Below, one piece after another: positions 24,956 through 37,379 of a stretch of DNA of 64,000 nt. How positions within the stretch are numbered: position 1 is the stretch's first letter; every line of letters starts with the position of its first letter. The position numbers and the translations under genes are program-made. Origin of the DNA: Callorhinchus milii (lineage: Eukaryota); the NCBI RefSeq assembly GCF_018977255.1, contig NW_024704742.1, positions 107,634,001-107,698,000 of the forward strand, given 5' to 3'. The notes under the pieces are model-generated. The model was not told the origin of the DNA. It did not search any database and was given only the letters and a program-made list of their open reading frames with translations.

Positions 24956-25569
24956 TCCTGTTATTCTTGATTTGGGAGTGCTGTGAATAGTAGTCTAAAC
25001 ACAAATAAGGTGTGTAAACATTGTATTTTACTCACATAGTGGGTAGATAAATCTCAAAGGTATTCAAAAAGAGGAGGGAGTTTTTTGGCCAACAATCCCC
25101 TCGGTAAAATTCGTCACTAACTTTATTGTGAAACAATGTTGTTAGCAAAATGCATGCCATTTTGCCTACAAATACACAATCACTACACTTTACAGAAAAT
25201 GTGAAGTGCTTTAAAATGTTATAGATGCTACATCAAAAAAATTAATATTACAGCTGGTGCTCGTTGTCAGGGAAATATATTACAAAGAGTATCAAAGATT
25301 TGGCATAAATTTCCTTCCTTAACATTGTTTTGGTGTTGGGTTTCAGTCTGTAAACCAATACTGGCTGTGTTTCCCAGTATCTTGGGCGACACTGATAAAT
25401 GAAATGAATCACAGATCCCAAGTGCCCAGTAAGACTGAAAACTGTTGAACACTATTGTTCCACAGGGACACACTCTGAGATAAGATTCAGGAATAACGCC
25501 AAGAAACCACATCCACTCTCACTAAAGTGTCACTCTATCAACACCTGTGAAAGAAAATCATTGCATTGA

Positions 25570-25810
25570 TACAGACGTCTCAAAGAGTTTCACAGGATTT
25601 GTATTTTGTGGGCAACACACGGCAGCCAGTTTGCACTCAGCAATGTCCCACTAACAGCCATGGAGTGAGTGACCAATTTTGTATTTGGGGATTGTTAGCC
25701 AGGACACCAGGAGAAACTCCCTTCTCTTTTCAAATAGTGCCACTGGTTCTTTAACATCCACCTGACAGGCAGATGGAACCTCGGTTTAACGTCTCATCTG
25801 AAGGATAGGA
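25570..25810 (-). mobile_element. DeuSINE/SacSINE1-like SINE fragment
   Basis: ccaggacaccaggagaaactcc...aatagtgcca...tttaacgtctcatctgaagga. Confidence 0.75.
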
Positions 25811-26679
25811 TACACAAAGGGCTGGGAAATGTATTAAAATTATTGAGTGGAGTGAGGCCATATACTCATGAGGGGCACAAGTGCAGATGAATTATGTCAG
25901 CCACTGCATTTACTGTAAAGCACTGCTAATTGATGCCCACGGAGGACATGTTGTCTATGGAGGGCAGTAGGTCAAACAGAATTGTGAAAATCTTGAGATG
26001 AATGAATATTTGGGATATTTTGCTTAATTATGTTTGGGCTTTAGGAAGTATTTATGCAGAATGTTCCCTAAAGAGATTAATGGAGAGGTAGAACAGAGCC
26101 TCTGTACGAAAGAAGCAAGCTTGATGACCTTCTCTCATTTATGATAATAATCCTTGTATTTGGCACATCATCGAAATGTCTCTAACGTTTTGCAGGATTT
26201 ATTGTAAAGTGCATTTGTAGGCAGAAAAAGCAGCCAATTTGCACACAGCAATGTCCCACAAACAGCCATGAAGAAGTAGTAGGTCTTCAAATTGGATTTG
26301 AAGACAGATAAAAAGGGGTCGAGACGTAGGGATTGAGGCAGAGAGTTTCAGAGATTAAGGATGTAGTGTCTTAAGGCATGATCACTGATTTGGTGAGGAG
26401 CAGTCAGGGGATGCTCAGCTGGCCTGTATTAGCTGAGAAAAGGTGGAGAGCAGAGGAGTGGGGTATAATTAGATAATCATACCAAACAGGTATCCTCAGT
26501 ACCGGCTATGATTTTATGGTACATATATGTAGCAGGTGTAACGGTGAACTAGACAGTGTCACAGAGATTAAGCCATCTGAAAGTGAATGCTGTTGATCCA
26601 ATATAGTGTTTCATGCTTTGCACAACTTTATCTTTATATGGATTACCTTATCTCTTATCATTTGTTACTTTATACTTTC

Positions 26680-26945
26680 TTACTGTGCGCAATTGGCTGC
26701 TGCGTTTCACCCAGAAAATATACAGTCAATTCACTTTACAGCATACTCTGTAAAGTGCTTTGAGACATCTAGAAGAAGTGAAAAGTGCTATATAAAATGC
26801 AAGGATTATTATTATTTGGTTCAGCTGACTTTGACTAAGTTAACTGTTTTCAGTATTAGTATTACTTCACAGTATTTTCTGTGAAGCGCTTTGAGACATC
26901 TTGATAAGGGACTATATCAAATGCAAAGATTATTATGATTATTGT
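26680..26945 (+). mobile_element. Two tandem 5'-truncated SINE tails
   Basis: Tail motif ...tatataaaatgcaaggattattatt ends at about 26815 and again tatatcaaatgcaaagattatt at about 26940. Confidence 0.8.
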
Positions 26946-28637
26946 TATCTCTCAGAGCAGTTAGACAACACAATGAAACTGTAATATGAAACAGGAAAAT
27001 AAATGTTAAGAGATAGGCAATAATTTTAATAAAATAAGTAATAAAATATCACTCATTCAAAATAATGGGAGTGAGTAGGGACAAGGGGAAAATTCATTGT
27101 GTGAGGAGTCACTTCATTGAGTTGGAAGAGATTGGAGGATAAGAAAATGAAACTGGAACAATATTCCCAAAGCTAAACATACCAAGTCAGGAATAGTCAC
27201 ATGAAAGCTCAGGATTGTTCTAAATAAAGATGCTTTTAGTGTGCAGAACACAGACTTTAAAATAAGATTGAATTTAAGGATTTTCCAAAATTCTGCACAA
27301 TCTTCAATTTCAAAGCTCAGCCCATGAGGGATTCCAGGCCTCATATTTTGCTTTTAGGTTATAACTTTCCTGAAAGTATAATGGCCCTAAATCATACTGA
27401 ATGATGCATTCTGTTAAAAAGTGTAACAATTAGCTCTGTAAATTCAATAAATCCTCTCTTCAGCTATCAATGAGGTCAATTGTTCAATCCTCCAACCATC
27501 AAGTGGTGGGATAAATATCTCTGGAATCGCAGTTAGATACAAAAGACAACAGGCTCTTGGATTCCTGCAAGGGTTTCTAAACACAGAGCAGCATTACCTG
27601 ACTGTCATACAGTTCTGGGTCATTGCAGCAGTTTAGTATTGGATGAATCCTGTGAGAGGGTGTATGACGAAATGACTGCCAATGAATGTTTGCAAGCATG
27701 TTTTTGAAAAGTTCAGCTCCACCTAACAGAAAGTTTGTAACAAGTTTTTACAGTTTCGTTCTGTACGTGTGTGTGTGTATATATGTCCTCATTTAAAAGC
27801 CAATTGATGCCAACAATACCCATCCTTTCTGAAATGTAAAAATCAAAATGAGGAGTGGAGGAGGAAGTTATTTTTCGAGATTAGCTTCAACATTAAGAAT
27901 TAAATGTTTTTTCTGCCAATTGTAAAGACCCAGGAACCACTGAAACAGAAGCTGAGACATGAGAAGTCAATAGAGTTGAAAATCCTACGAAACACTGACT
28001 TTCAAGTAATTCAATTTATAGAACATCTTAGATAAAGTGGCTAATATAGATTTTTGTTCAACACACATAAATCCATTGTCATGCTTAAGAGTATCCAAAC
28101 CAGACTGAGTTTGCCACCTACACATCGATATTTTCTTGTGGATGGAATGGAGTGCATACTCTCTCCTTGGTGGGACACACCCAGAGAGTATGAGGTGCAT
28201 GTCAGTGAGAGTCAAGGACTGGGAATTCCAGATTGTGCATCAGGGTATGGCTGGAGTTTAAGTAGTTAAAATATAGCTTACTACTTCAGAACACTCAAGC
28301 TTTTCCCCACTGCTTGTCCACCTAGGCCCTCCCTAGCCCTACAAGTTAGGGCTTTGGCTTGTGAGGTTAACAAGACCTGAGTGGGAAGAAGATACTCCAA
28401 GACGTGCCAATGAACCAGGTTGTTAATATGTAAGAATAACAATATGTAGCATATGCTATATTGTTTCAGAGATGATTATATCAGAACGATGAGGGAGCAC
28501 TTAATTTACCTTGTTCTCTTATCTTGTTTTATTTTAAGCTCATGGTTCATTTCAGGCCAATTTCATAACATTGAGGAATAAGGGATTTATGTTTACTTTG
28601 TTTATTTAGAAGCTTAATAGCCAAGAGATTGTTACAG

Positions 28638-28951
28638 TGGAGTCCTGTAGCTCAGTGGTTAGAGCACTCGCTTTGCAAGTAAGAGACCTGAGTTCAATTC
28701 CAGGCAGGGCGAAACCTTGGGCAAGTTTCCTTACTCCACACGCCTAATAATAATCCCTCCAAAAAAAAAAAAAAAATTGGTCATTTTCAATCCATGACTG
28801 TTTGTGGGACATTGCTGTGCGCAATTGGCTGTCACGTTCACCCATAAATATACAGTCAATTCACTTTACAGTGTATTCTGTGAAGCGCTTTGGGACGTCT
28901 AGAAGATGTGAAAAGCGCTATATCAAATGCAAGGATTATTATTATTATTAT
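28638..28951 (+). mobile_element. Young tRNA-Ala-derived SINE, full length, short form
   Basis: tggagtcctgtagctcagtggttagagcactcgctttgcaagt (A box, TGC anticodon loop), gagttcaattcc (B box), CORE-like accttgggcaagtttcctta, L2-like tail and (tta)n. Confidence 0.95.
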
Positions 28952-30425
28952 ATGAATGTCATATCTGATTGGCAGCCCAATGGCAATAAATTCTAATTAT
29001 AGAGCGATTGATCTGAATGCAGGGATTAATTTTACATTACATAGAAATGCACAGAGGAGTGATTCTAAACCCTTTTGGAGCCATGATCCACCTGCAAACC
29101 GATGGCCTGTCACGACCCAGCATACAGCCCCAGCGGAAAAAACATCTGACACTCCAAACACAGCCTAAAGCACACCCATGTCTGCGTCCATAGCAGAAAG
29201 TTCCACAGAAAGAGAGCCAACAAGAGAGGAAGGCCAAGCCACTGGCAACCAAACAACCCGGCCTGAACTGCGTCAAAATTGGCAGTGGTGAATAAAGCCC
29301 AGAACACAGCTGCTCACCTCGTACAAACATGACGCAGCCCAATAAATGCAGGAGCCTGCACCAGCACAGCCTCCAAAACAGCAGAAGAACCTCTCCAAGC
29401 ACAAATGTCCAAAGTTTGCCCATCACCTCTGACACAACCCGGCAACCAAATCCTAGGTTGTGACGCAAAGGTTGAGAAATCCAGGCACAAACTATACAGC
29501 ACTGAAATAGGCCATTCAGGCCAACTAGTCCGTGATGGTGTTTACAACAACAAATTGCATTTATATAGCGCCATTCATCTGGGAGGACATCCCAAGACTA
29601 CACTGCACATGACATTCCAACCCTCCTAATCCTCCGCTCATATCCCTCTATACGCTTCTCCCTCAACATGCAGTAATTAATAATACTACTGATAATAAAC
29701 CTTGCAATTGATATACAGTAGCGCCTTATTTTCCTTTAACAAAAAAATCTTCTACATATTTTTTCACAAAAATAAATAAATATGAACAGCTCATGATATG
29801 GATTATTTTTTCTTTCTTTCAAGCTGTGAAATTTATTTTCCCATTAGTGGAATAAAGATTTATATGGAAAAAATCACTTTTTATTTGACAGCAAAAAGGC
29901 AGATTAATATTCCACATAGTTAAAATGCCAGCAATTAATTTCACCACTGCTTCTATTTGTAAAAAGAGTGTAGACTGCTGGAAATATAACTGAGAGGTTT
30001 CACTGTTAAGAATTCTCCTCAGGGACTGTGTTCGAGGAGAGTCTCACATTGGCCACAGTGGTTTTCAATGTCACACTGTTTATGCCAACAGAATGGTCAG
30101 CAGTAACTTGACTTGCAGTGGGTAAAAAAGGATAGCAGATGTAGCATAGCAGCAGATTGATGGCACAGTCAACCATGGAGTCCCCAGCCAGCCTGGGTAC
30201 TGTGAAGCAAAAATATAATGTTACTAAACAGCTGGTTGAAGCCACTCTGCACAGCATCAGTTTTTGATTGCCTGTGATTTCAAGCACTTTCGCTTCCGCT
30301 CTCTCAAAATTTGGAGTCGACTGGAAAGCTCAGGACTCCTGAGGTTCACGGTTTATGACCTCACAGATGCATACCTTTCCAAGGAATGTATCAGGACTTT
30401 TTTTTCTCTCTGTTATATGAGGAAC

Positions 30426-30680
30426 ATAATAATAATAATCCTTGAATTTGACATCTCAAAGTGCTTCACAGAATAGACTGTAAAGTGAATTGACTGGATT
30501 TGCGGGCGAAACGCGACAGCCAATTGCGCACAGTAGTGTCCCACAAACAGTCGTGGATTAAAAATGACCAATTTATTATTATTTTGTTTTTTGGAGGGAT
30601 TACTATTAGGCGTGTGCAGTAAGGAAACTTGCCCAAGGTTTCGCCCTGCCGGGAATTGAACCCAGATGTCTCGCTTGGCA
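30426..30680 (-). mobile_element. Young SINE, short form, truncated head and deleted tail stem
   Basis: aaggaaacttgcccaaggtttcgccctgccgggaattgaaccc plus body and tail matching 28638-28951. Confidence 0.88.
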
Positions 30681-31484
30681 GGAAGTACAACATGACAATG
30701 ATGGATAAAATGCATTGGGGTCTAAAAATCAATATAATGGTGGTTGGGGAGGGGGAGGGACGGCGGGGAGGAGGGAGGGTGTAATCACAAACCACATTAT
30801 AACAGTACTGCTAAAAGCTGTTTTACAGACAGACGGATCACTTCCTGTCCTTAAATAAAGAGTTCCTGGTTGTGAGGTTGCCATCAACATCATTTCCATT
30901 CACCAAACACATGAATGTTCTGGAATTGACATTGACAATGATCTAACGATCTGCAAGTTGGCTTTCTGAGTTTGAGACTGGCCAGCATGTACTAGATTCC
31001 TGCACTCTAATGGAGTTTTACTCTGTTTGTAGACTGCATTTATTGCTTTAACTACAGCTTGTGGTGTATGATTTGTGATTTTAAAATTCAAAAAAAGAAC
31101 TAAGGCCACTGTTTTTTTGAATTCTCCACTTTTGATAAACATCATAAAAAGGCTAGCACTTTGCATGTTAGCTTTTTGTCACATTATTCAAGCCTTTCCT
31201 CTGCCAAAGCAAAGATCCAAACGCCAAGCAAACTATTGTTTATCTGTTTTCACTGAAATTGATAAGATCAAGTGATCTGCTTCAAATTTACGAATGGTTT
31301 TTGTCAGGGTTAATGGAGAGCCTATACCCAATGATTGGTAGATAAGTAACAAGAGGACATAAATTGAAGATTATTAACAGAAGAAAAAAAATGCAGATTA
31401 AAAGAATTTTCTTAGTATGCGGAATGGAGTGTTGAGGTGTATTGCATTGTTCGAGGTGCTGTCACTCGAATGAGATGTTAAATC

Positions 31485-31850
31485 AACAACAACAATAACA
31501 GCTTACAACAACAAACAAAACAACAACAAAATTACATTTGTATAGCACCTTTCATGTCGGGAGGACATCCCAAGGAGCTGGACATACAGAGTTTCGGACC
31601 CAAGCTGGGGGTCTTGAGATGGGCCTTAAAGGAGGGGGCGAGGCAGAGAGACTGTGGGATGGAGTTCCAGAGGGTGGAGGCAGTGTGACAGAAGGCCCGC
31701 CTGCTAATAGTGGGGCAAGCGAGGAGGGTTATGTGAAGCAGGCCGGAGGCCACTGAGCGGGGCGAGTGAGCAAGAATGGTAGGGGGTTAGGAGGTCGCAG
31801 AGGTAGGGGGGAGCAAGGCCATGGAGGGCTTTGAAGGTGAAAGTGAAGGT
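31485..31850 (-). mobile_element. L2 3' fragment
   Basis: (caa)n tail, atagcacctttcatgtcgggaggacatcccaagg stem-loop, ggccatggagggctttgaaggtga body. Confidence 0.88.
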
Positions 31851-31874
31851 GATTACATTTGTATAGCGCAAGGT

Positions 31875-32150
31875 GCTGGGCCCATCTGCCTGTTTAGGAG
31901 GATATTAAAGATGCCATGCCATTGTTCAAAAAGGGAAGAGAGTTTCTCCTGGTGTCCTAGCCAACAATCCTCTAAATTAAATAGGTTATTCATTTCATAG
32001 CTGTTTCTGGGACATTGCTGTGTGCAAATTGGCTGCATTCTCTTACAAATACATAGTCATTACATTTTACAATAAAATCCTGTGAAGCATTTTGAGATGT
32101 CTCAACAAAGTGATAAGGCTCTATACTAAATGCAAGAATTATATTATTAT
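31875..32150 (+). mobile_element. DeuSINE/SacSINE1-like SINE, 3' two-thirds
   Basis: cccatctgcctgtttagg...gtttctcctggtgtcctagccaac...gggacattgctgtgtgcaaattggctgc. Confidence 0.8.
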
Positions 32151-32328
32151 CTTATATATTGTTATATAGTTGAATCCATTGGGAGAGTTTGAACTAGTAC
32201 AGATACGATGGGCTGCATAGTAAACCTGATGTGATTCTAAGGTAAGAGTAATCAGTCTATCCGTCTAGCCAGGACAAATGGAAATAACGGAAGAGATCAC
32301 TTGCCCTATGGTCCAGTGAATCTGGAAG

Positions 32329-32664
32329 ATAATAATAATAATAATAATAATAATAATCCTTGCATTTGATATAGCGCTTTTCATGTCGGGAGGACGTCCC
32401 AAAGCGCTTCACACAATATACCGTAAAGTGAATTGACTGTATATTTGTGGGCGAACGTGGCAGCCAATTGCGCACAGCAATGTCCCACCAACAGTCGTAG
32501 ATTGAAAATGACCAATTTATTATTGTTTTTGGTTTTGGAGGGATTATTATTAGGCTCTGTGTGGAGTAAGGAAACTTGCCCAAGGTTTCGCCCTCTGCCT
32601 GGAATTGAACTCAGGTCTCTCACTTGCAAAGCGAGTGCTCTAACCACTGAGCTACAGGACTCCA
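32329..32664 (-). mobile_element. Young tRNA-Ala-derived SINE, full length, short form
   Basis: Nearly the reverse complement of 52357-52681; long (taa)n tail; CpGs retained. Confidence 0.95.
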
Positions 32665-33639
32665 CAAGATAAAACACTGCCTCATGTACATAATAATATA
32701 ACGATAATAATCCTTGTACTGGATATTGCACCATACTGGATCATCAAGACGTCTCAAAGGCATTTCGCAAGATTTTACTGGATAATACGCTGTATTTCCT
32801 AGGTGAATGCAGCAGTCAATTTGCAACCAGCAAGGTCCTACAAACAGCCATGAAGTAAATGACCAATTTTTATCTGTAAGTTTGTTGGCAAGGACACCAG
32901 AAGAAATTCTTTGCTCATTTTGAATAGTGCCAACTTTCAATTGAACAAGCAGATGGGGTGTATATTTTCCTCACTATTTTTAGTTTAAAGAATCTATCCA
33001 TTTTGGAGAACTAGCAATTGTTTTGAGGTCTGAATTACAAGAGCTGTTGCCAAGTCTTTTAGCTAGCAGTAATAGATGGCTATTTAAATTATATATTGAT
33101 AGTCAAGTTACAGTTTGCTTTCTGCTGCTGAAGTCAAAAATAAAGTCTGACTCATCACAAAGGTCAGATGGTTCATTTCTTGTTGTTAGGGTGAAAAATC
33201 TGTATGATTGCATTTAACCTTAATTGAACGTCTTAATTTACCACCAACAGCAAATCAAAGTTTAGACAAAGGCTGTAATTAAATGTTAATACTCTCCATT
33301 TACCCCCAAGTATCTTTAACACCCACAGGTTAGGTGACTTCACCTATCAGGTGCATGAGGATGTGTCAATTAACATCTAAAAGTCAGCTGTATAGCCTGA
33401 TGCTTACTTCTTTAATGAACGTTTGATCCCATAGTTGTTACTTTTTGCGCCAGTCGCTATATTCAAGGTTTTCTTAGTCAGCTGGATGTCTGATACCTGC
33501 AAGAATCTTTTACGATGCTTAATGTATACCAACCTAATTACAAAGAGTCCCACATATGCATGGATATTCCCCTTTGTCTGGAATGGAGTGTGCACCCTCT
33601 CATAATGGGTTGCAATGGAGGCAGGAATGAGATCAACCT

Positions 33640-34712
33640 TGCCTCTCCTCTCACCTCAACCTCCACGGCGCTGTCCTTGACTGGTTCAGATCATACCTCT
33701 CACATTGCCTGCACTTCATCTCCACAAACGGCTCCTCCTCTAGCCCCCGGACCATCTTGTGCGGCATTCTTCAGAGCTCTGTCGTTGGTCCTCTCCTCTT
33801 CAACATCTATATGCTCCCTCTTGGTGACATCATCTGCAGACATCGGGTCAACTTCCACATTTATGCAAATGACATTCCAACTTTATCTCTCTGCCTCCAC
33901 CCTTGACTCCAGGGCCACTGCTGTGCTGACAGAATGTCTGTCAGACATCAAGTCCTGGATGAGAGCTAACTTTCTTCAGTTAAACATCAACAAGATCGAG
34001 GCTCTCCTGATTGGCTCCCGTCAGCGCCTCCTCACCTCAGACGCTGACAGCATCACCATCCATGGTTGCACACTCCACCTCACTGAGCCAGTCCAGATCC
34101 TTGGGGTCTTGTTCGACCCTCAACTATCCTTTCTACTCCACATCTGCGCCATTACCCGCTCTGCCTTCCCCCACCTCGACAACGTCACCCGGCTCCACCA
34201 ATGTCTCACACCGCAGGCTGCCGAAACCCTTATACATACTTTCATTACATTGAGGCTCAAACTCATTGCTTGTCGGCCTCTCCAACTCCTCCCTCCACAG
34301 GCTGAACATCATCCAGAACTCTGCGGTCCGTGTCCTCTCTCGTGCTTGGCTCTGGAACCCTATCATCCCCATCCTTGCCTAACTACACTGGCTTCCCATC
34401 AAAGCCCCCGATGGTCTTGTTCCCCCTACCTCTGCGACCTCCTAACCCCCTGCCATCCTGTTTGCTCCCTCCACTCAGCAGGCTCTGGCCTGCTTCACGT
34501 CCCCTGTCTTGCTCACCCCACTATTGACAGACGGGCCTTCTGCCACTCTGCCCCCACCCTCTGGAATGCCATCTCGCAGTCCTTCTGCCTCGCCCCCTCC
34601 CTTGCCACCTTCAAGACCCATCTCAAGGCCCTCCCCCTCGACCGTGCTTTCGATCTCAATGCTTCCCCCCCTGCCCTCCACCCTCTCCCACCCCGACCCC
34701 CAGCTTGGGTCC
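33640..34712 (+). mobile_element. 5'-truncated L2 element; explains the 406-aa ORF at 33515-34735
   Basis: Only the middle of the ORF is in the RT frame (QLYLSASTLDSRATAVLTECLSDIKSWMRANFLQLNINKIEALLIG...ILGVLFDPQLSF). The flanks are frameshifted L2 or unique sequence. Confidence 0.92.
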
Positions 34713-35937
34713 AAAACAGAACAGATGCAAAATGAAGCCTCCTCTTCTCTGTTACTACAATTTGATTCAATCCCTGATCTCCGAGAAGGAAAAAAAGAAC
34801 TGTTGGCCAGCATAAAATTTCACCATCCTGTAGTTTCTCAGAATGTGATTTGTATCTTGAACGTATAATTTCACGGAGCGAATGTTTTTGTCTGAAGTAC
34901 TGAGTCAATGTCTTTTGATGAAAACTTCAAGCTGATTTCCAAGATAAAGTCCACAGTGCATTGAGGAAACGTGTCATGGATTTGATAAGCTGTTCTCTTG
35001 TGGTGCATTGCAAGTTAAACATATGGAAATCACTCGTGCCATCTGCCGTTCTAGGCCATGCTTGTGTGAAGCTGATTTATTTTTAGAAAGCTTTAGAGGG
35101 CACTGTGAATCTATTAAGGGATGGGTGAAATATTTTATGAACATCCAGCCCTAATTTAAATAGGCATGTTTAACAGGTGGCCAGAAACCTCAAACACATT
35201 CACTGCAAGTGAATCCAAAATGATGATAAATATCATAGTACAAATGATAAAAAATGTTTCCAGCAAACTTTAAGGTGAAACTTGCAATGTTTTATAAGAT
35301 AGCAAGTAAGTCCCAGAAACAAAGGAACTCATTATTTTCCAAAGTGATTGTCTTGTTTTCCACAAATACTGAATCGCTTTTTATTAAGACAACCCTAAAT
35401 TTGGTCCATTTCAACACCTTTTAACCCACTGAATAAAATAGGTCCAAATGGGGCAAATGTACATTCCCTTTGAGACATTTGAGTGCTGTTTGTCTGATTC
35501 CTTGATTATTTTGTTTATCTTGCTTTCTCCCCACCTTCAATTTAATTTTCTTGCACTGCACGTTTTCTGGTCAAGAGATGAGCTGTAGACCTCTACCAAG
35601 CTCTACCAATCCATCGTATTAAGTTTATGTGTCAATGTTTTATTTTTCCAAGTGTATAAGTCCCACATGAGCACAGCTGAGATGGGGAATTTAACGTGTA
35701 AGGAATCACAGCCAGCTACACTTCAGAACCAGCTGATTTGTCACTGTAAGTGAATTGAATTCCCTGGCAACATAAAAATGTAAAATGCAAATTCTCGTAT
35801 TTATGATACTGAGCAGTGTTCTACTGGCATCATTTTATCTGTACCCTATAAAGCATAAGTTCTAAATTATTATCTATTGACTGTTGGAATAGTAATGTTA
35901 TACAGTATACTAAATTGTTCCATACAAATGTAACTTA

Positions 35938-36205
35938 TAATAATATAATAATAATCCTTGCATTCAATATAGCACCTTATCATGTCTTTGAGACATCTCA
36001 AAGCGCTTCACAGAATATACTGTCAAGTGAATTGACTGTATGTTTCGTGAGCGAAACGCGGCAGTCAATTGCACACAGCAGTGTCCCACAAGCAGTCATG
36101 GATTGAGTGACCAAATCATTATTTATTTTTTATTATTCTTTTGAAGTATTTGAATTATTACCCCGGAAATGCGATTCGCCAAACGACCAACAACCAGGTT
36201 CCTAA
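35938..36205 (-). mobile_element. Young SINE, long form, 5'-truncated
   Basis: Standard tail plus attattaccccggaaatgcgattcgccaaacgaccaacaaccaggttccta, the long-form segment. Confidence 0.85.
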
Positions 36206-36594
36206 ATTATATATTAAAACCGGGACAAAGAGAAGAAACTTGATCTGTTTTAGGACATTGAAATGAAACAGCTTCACATTTTATAATTTATTAACTACAT
36301 ACAGTGAGTTAATACGTAGTTTTATGGACATTATTCTTCCCCCCATTAACAGACAAGGGTGGAGGAGAGGAGAGACAATTCCACACTGTGTTCAGATTGA
36401 ATTTTAAACCCAGATCCAAATTCCAAAACAGCAGCATCAAGCAGGATCTAAAATATGTTCTTTTTAAAAAACTGAAATGAAGCAAGGCCAAAGGATCATT
36501 TGGTCCATCAAGCCTACTCAAATTTAACATTAGCATAATACTTTGGATTGTTTTGACAGAATATTTCTCAGGCTGCATTATAGATCTGACTCAG

Positions 36595-36870
36595 GTCTCA
36601 GGCTGGCTCAGATAGAAGATGCACTCCCACCTCTGTGTCAGAAGGTTGTACATTCAACCACCGTTGAAACTTTGATCTTACAGCCTGAGCTAATATACTA
36701 CGAAGCTAACTTATTAGTAAAGGAGCGCAGCATCAGAGGTGCTGATGCATCATTCCGATGAGATTTTAAACCTAGGATTTGTCTGCCTATTCAGATAGAT
36801 GTTAAAATTCCCATGACAGAATTCAAAAAGAACAAGGAGTTTCTCCCAGCTTCCTAGCCAACAATCCTGT
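36595..36870 (+). mobile_element. DeuSINE/SacSINE1-like SINE (5' and middle)
   Basis: ggctcagatagaagatgcactcccacctctgtgtcagaaggttgt head; gagtttctcccagcttcctagccaacaatcc body. Confidence 0.75.
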
Positions 36871-36879
36871 GAATAAAAA

Positions 36880-37101
36880 CAGAGAGAGCCGGGAAAACTC
36901 AGCAGGTCAGGCAGCATCTATGGAGAAAGGAAACTCTTCTTTGTCTTCCTTGTCCTGCCTCCCCCTCTCAACGTATCCTTTACAACCTCTCCCTCCCAAC
37001 ATGCCCCAGTTCTGACGAAGGGTCGTGGACCTGAAACGTTGACTCACTTTCCTTTCTCCATAGATGCTGCCTGATCTGCTGAGTTTTCCCAACTCTCTCT
37101 G
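36880..37101 (+). mobile_element. Non-coding fold-back element of Penelope-like type
   Basis: Arms 36881-36933 and 37048-37100 are reverse complements at 50 of 53 positions. They enclose a pyrimidine-rich tract and a hammerhead core. Confidence 0.75.
37008..37044 (+). ncRNA. Minimal type I hammerhead ribozyme motif
   Basis: AGTT-CTGACGA-AGGGTC-GTG-GACCT-GAAAC-GTT-GACT: catalytic boxes CUGANGA (37012-37018) and GAAA (37033-37036), helix II, palindromic ACGT helix III, GUU cleavage triplet, 4-bp helix I. Confidence 0.7.
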
Positions 37102-37119
37102 ACCTTATTCATTACGCTA

Positions 37120-37305
37120 TTATGTGGTACCTTATCCGAACGCCTTTTGGAAATCCAAATATATTAAATCTACCGCATTACCCTTGTCTACTCTTTCTGT
37201 TACCTCTTCAAAGAATTTAATGCGGTTGGTCAAGCATTACCTTCCTTTTTGAAATCCGCATTGACTATTCTTTATTATGTTTTCCATTTCTGGATGTTTT
37301 TCTAT
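37120..37305 (-). mobile_element. CR1 LINE RT fragment
   Basis: Minus strand reads ...SQCGFQKG...CLTN...EFFEEV...VDKGNAVDLIYLDFQKAF.KVPH, the classic CR1 RT motifs. Confidence 0.85.
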
Positions 37306-37379
37306 TACCTCCTTCCACTCATGTTCCCTCCTTTCAGCATTCCAATCGGCAGTTTTGCTGGGAACCTTGCCCTCAACTG

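Noticed and set aside
28638..28712. tRNA-Ala(TGC) gene
   Set aside because: It has A/B boxes and an anticodon arm but runs directly into SINE body and tail and recurs many times, so it is a SINE head.
29037..29500. 143-aa minus ORF or A/C-rich coding-like tract
   Set aside because: No recognisable motif. The ORF is explained by strand bias, and the plus frames contain stops; it may be an old retroelement end but I cannot support that.
33515..34735. 406-aa ORF as a host gene or intact reverse transcriptase
   Set aside because: It is a frameshifted L2 copy; only the central part is in the RT frame and the YADD motif is disrupted.
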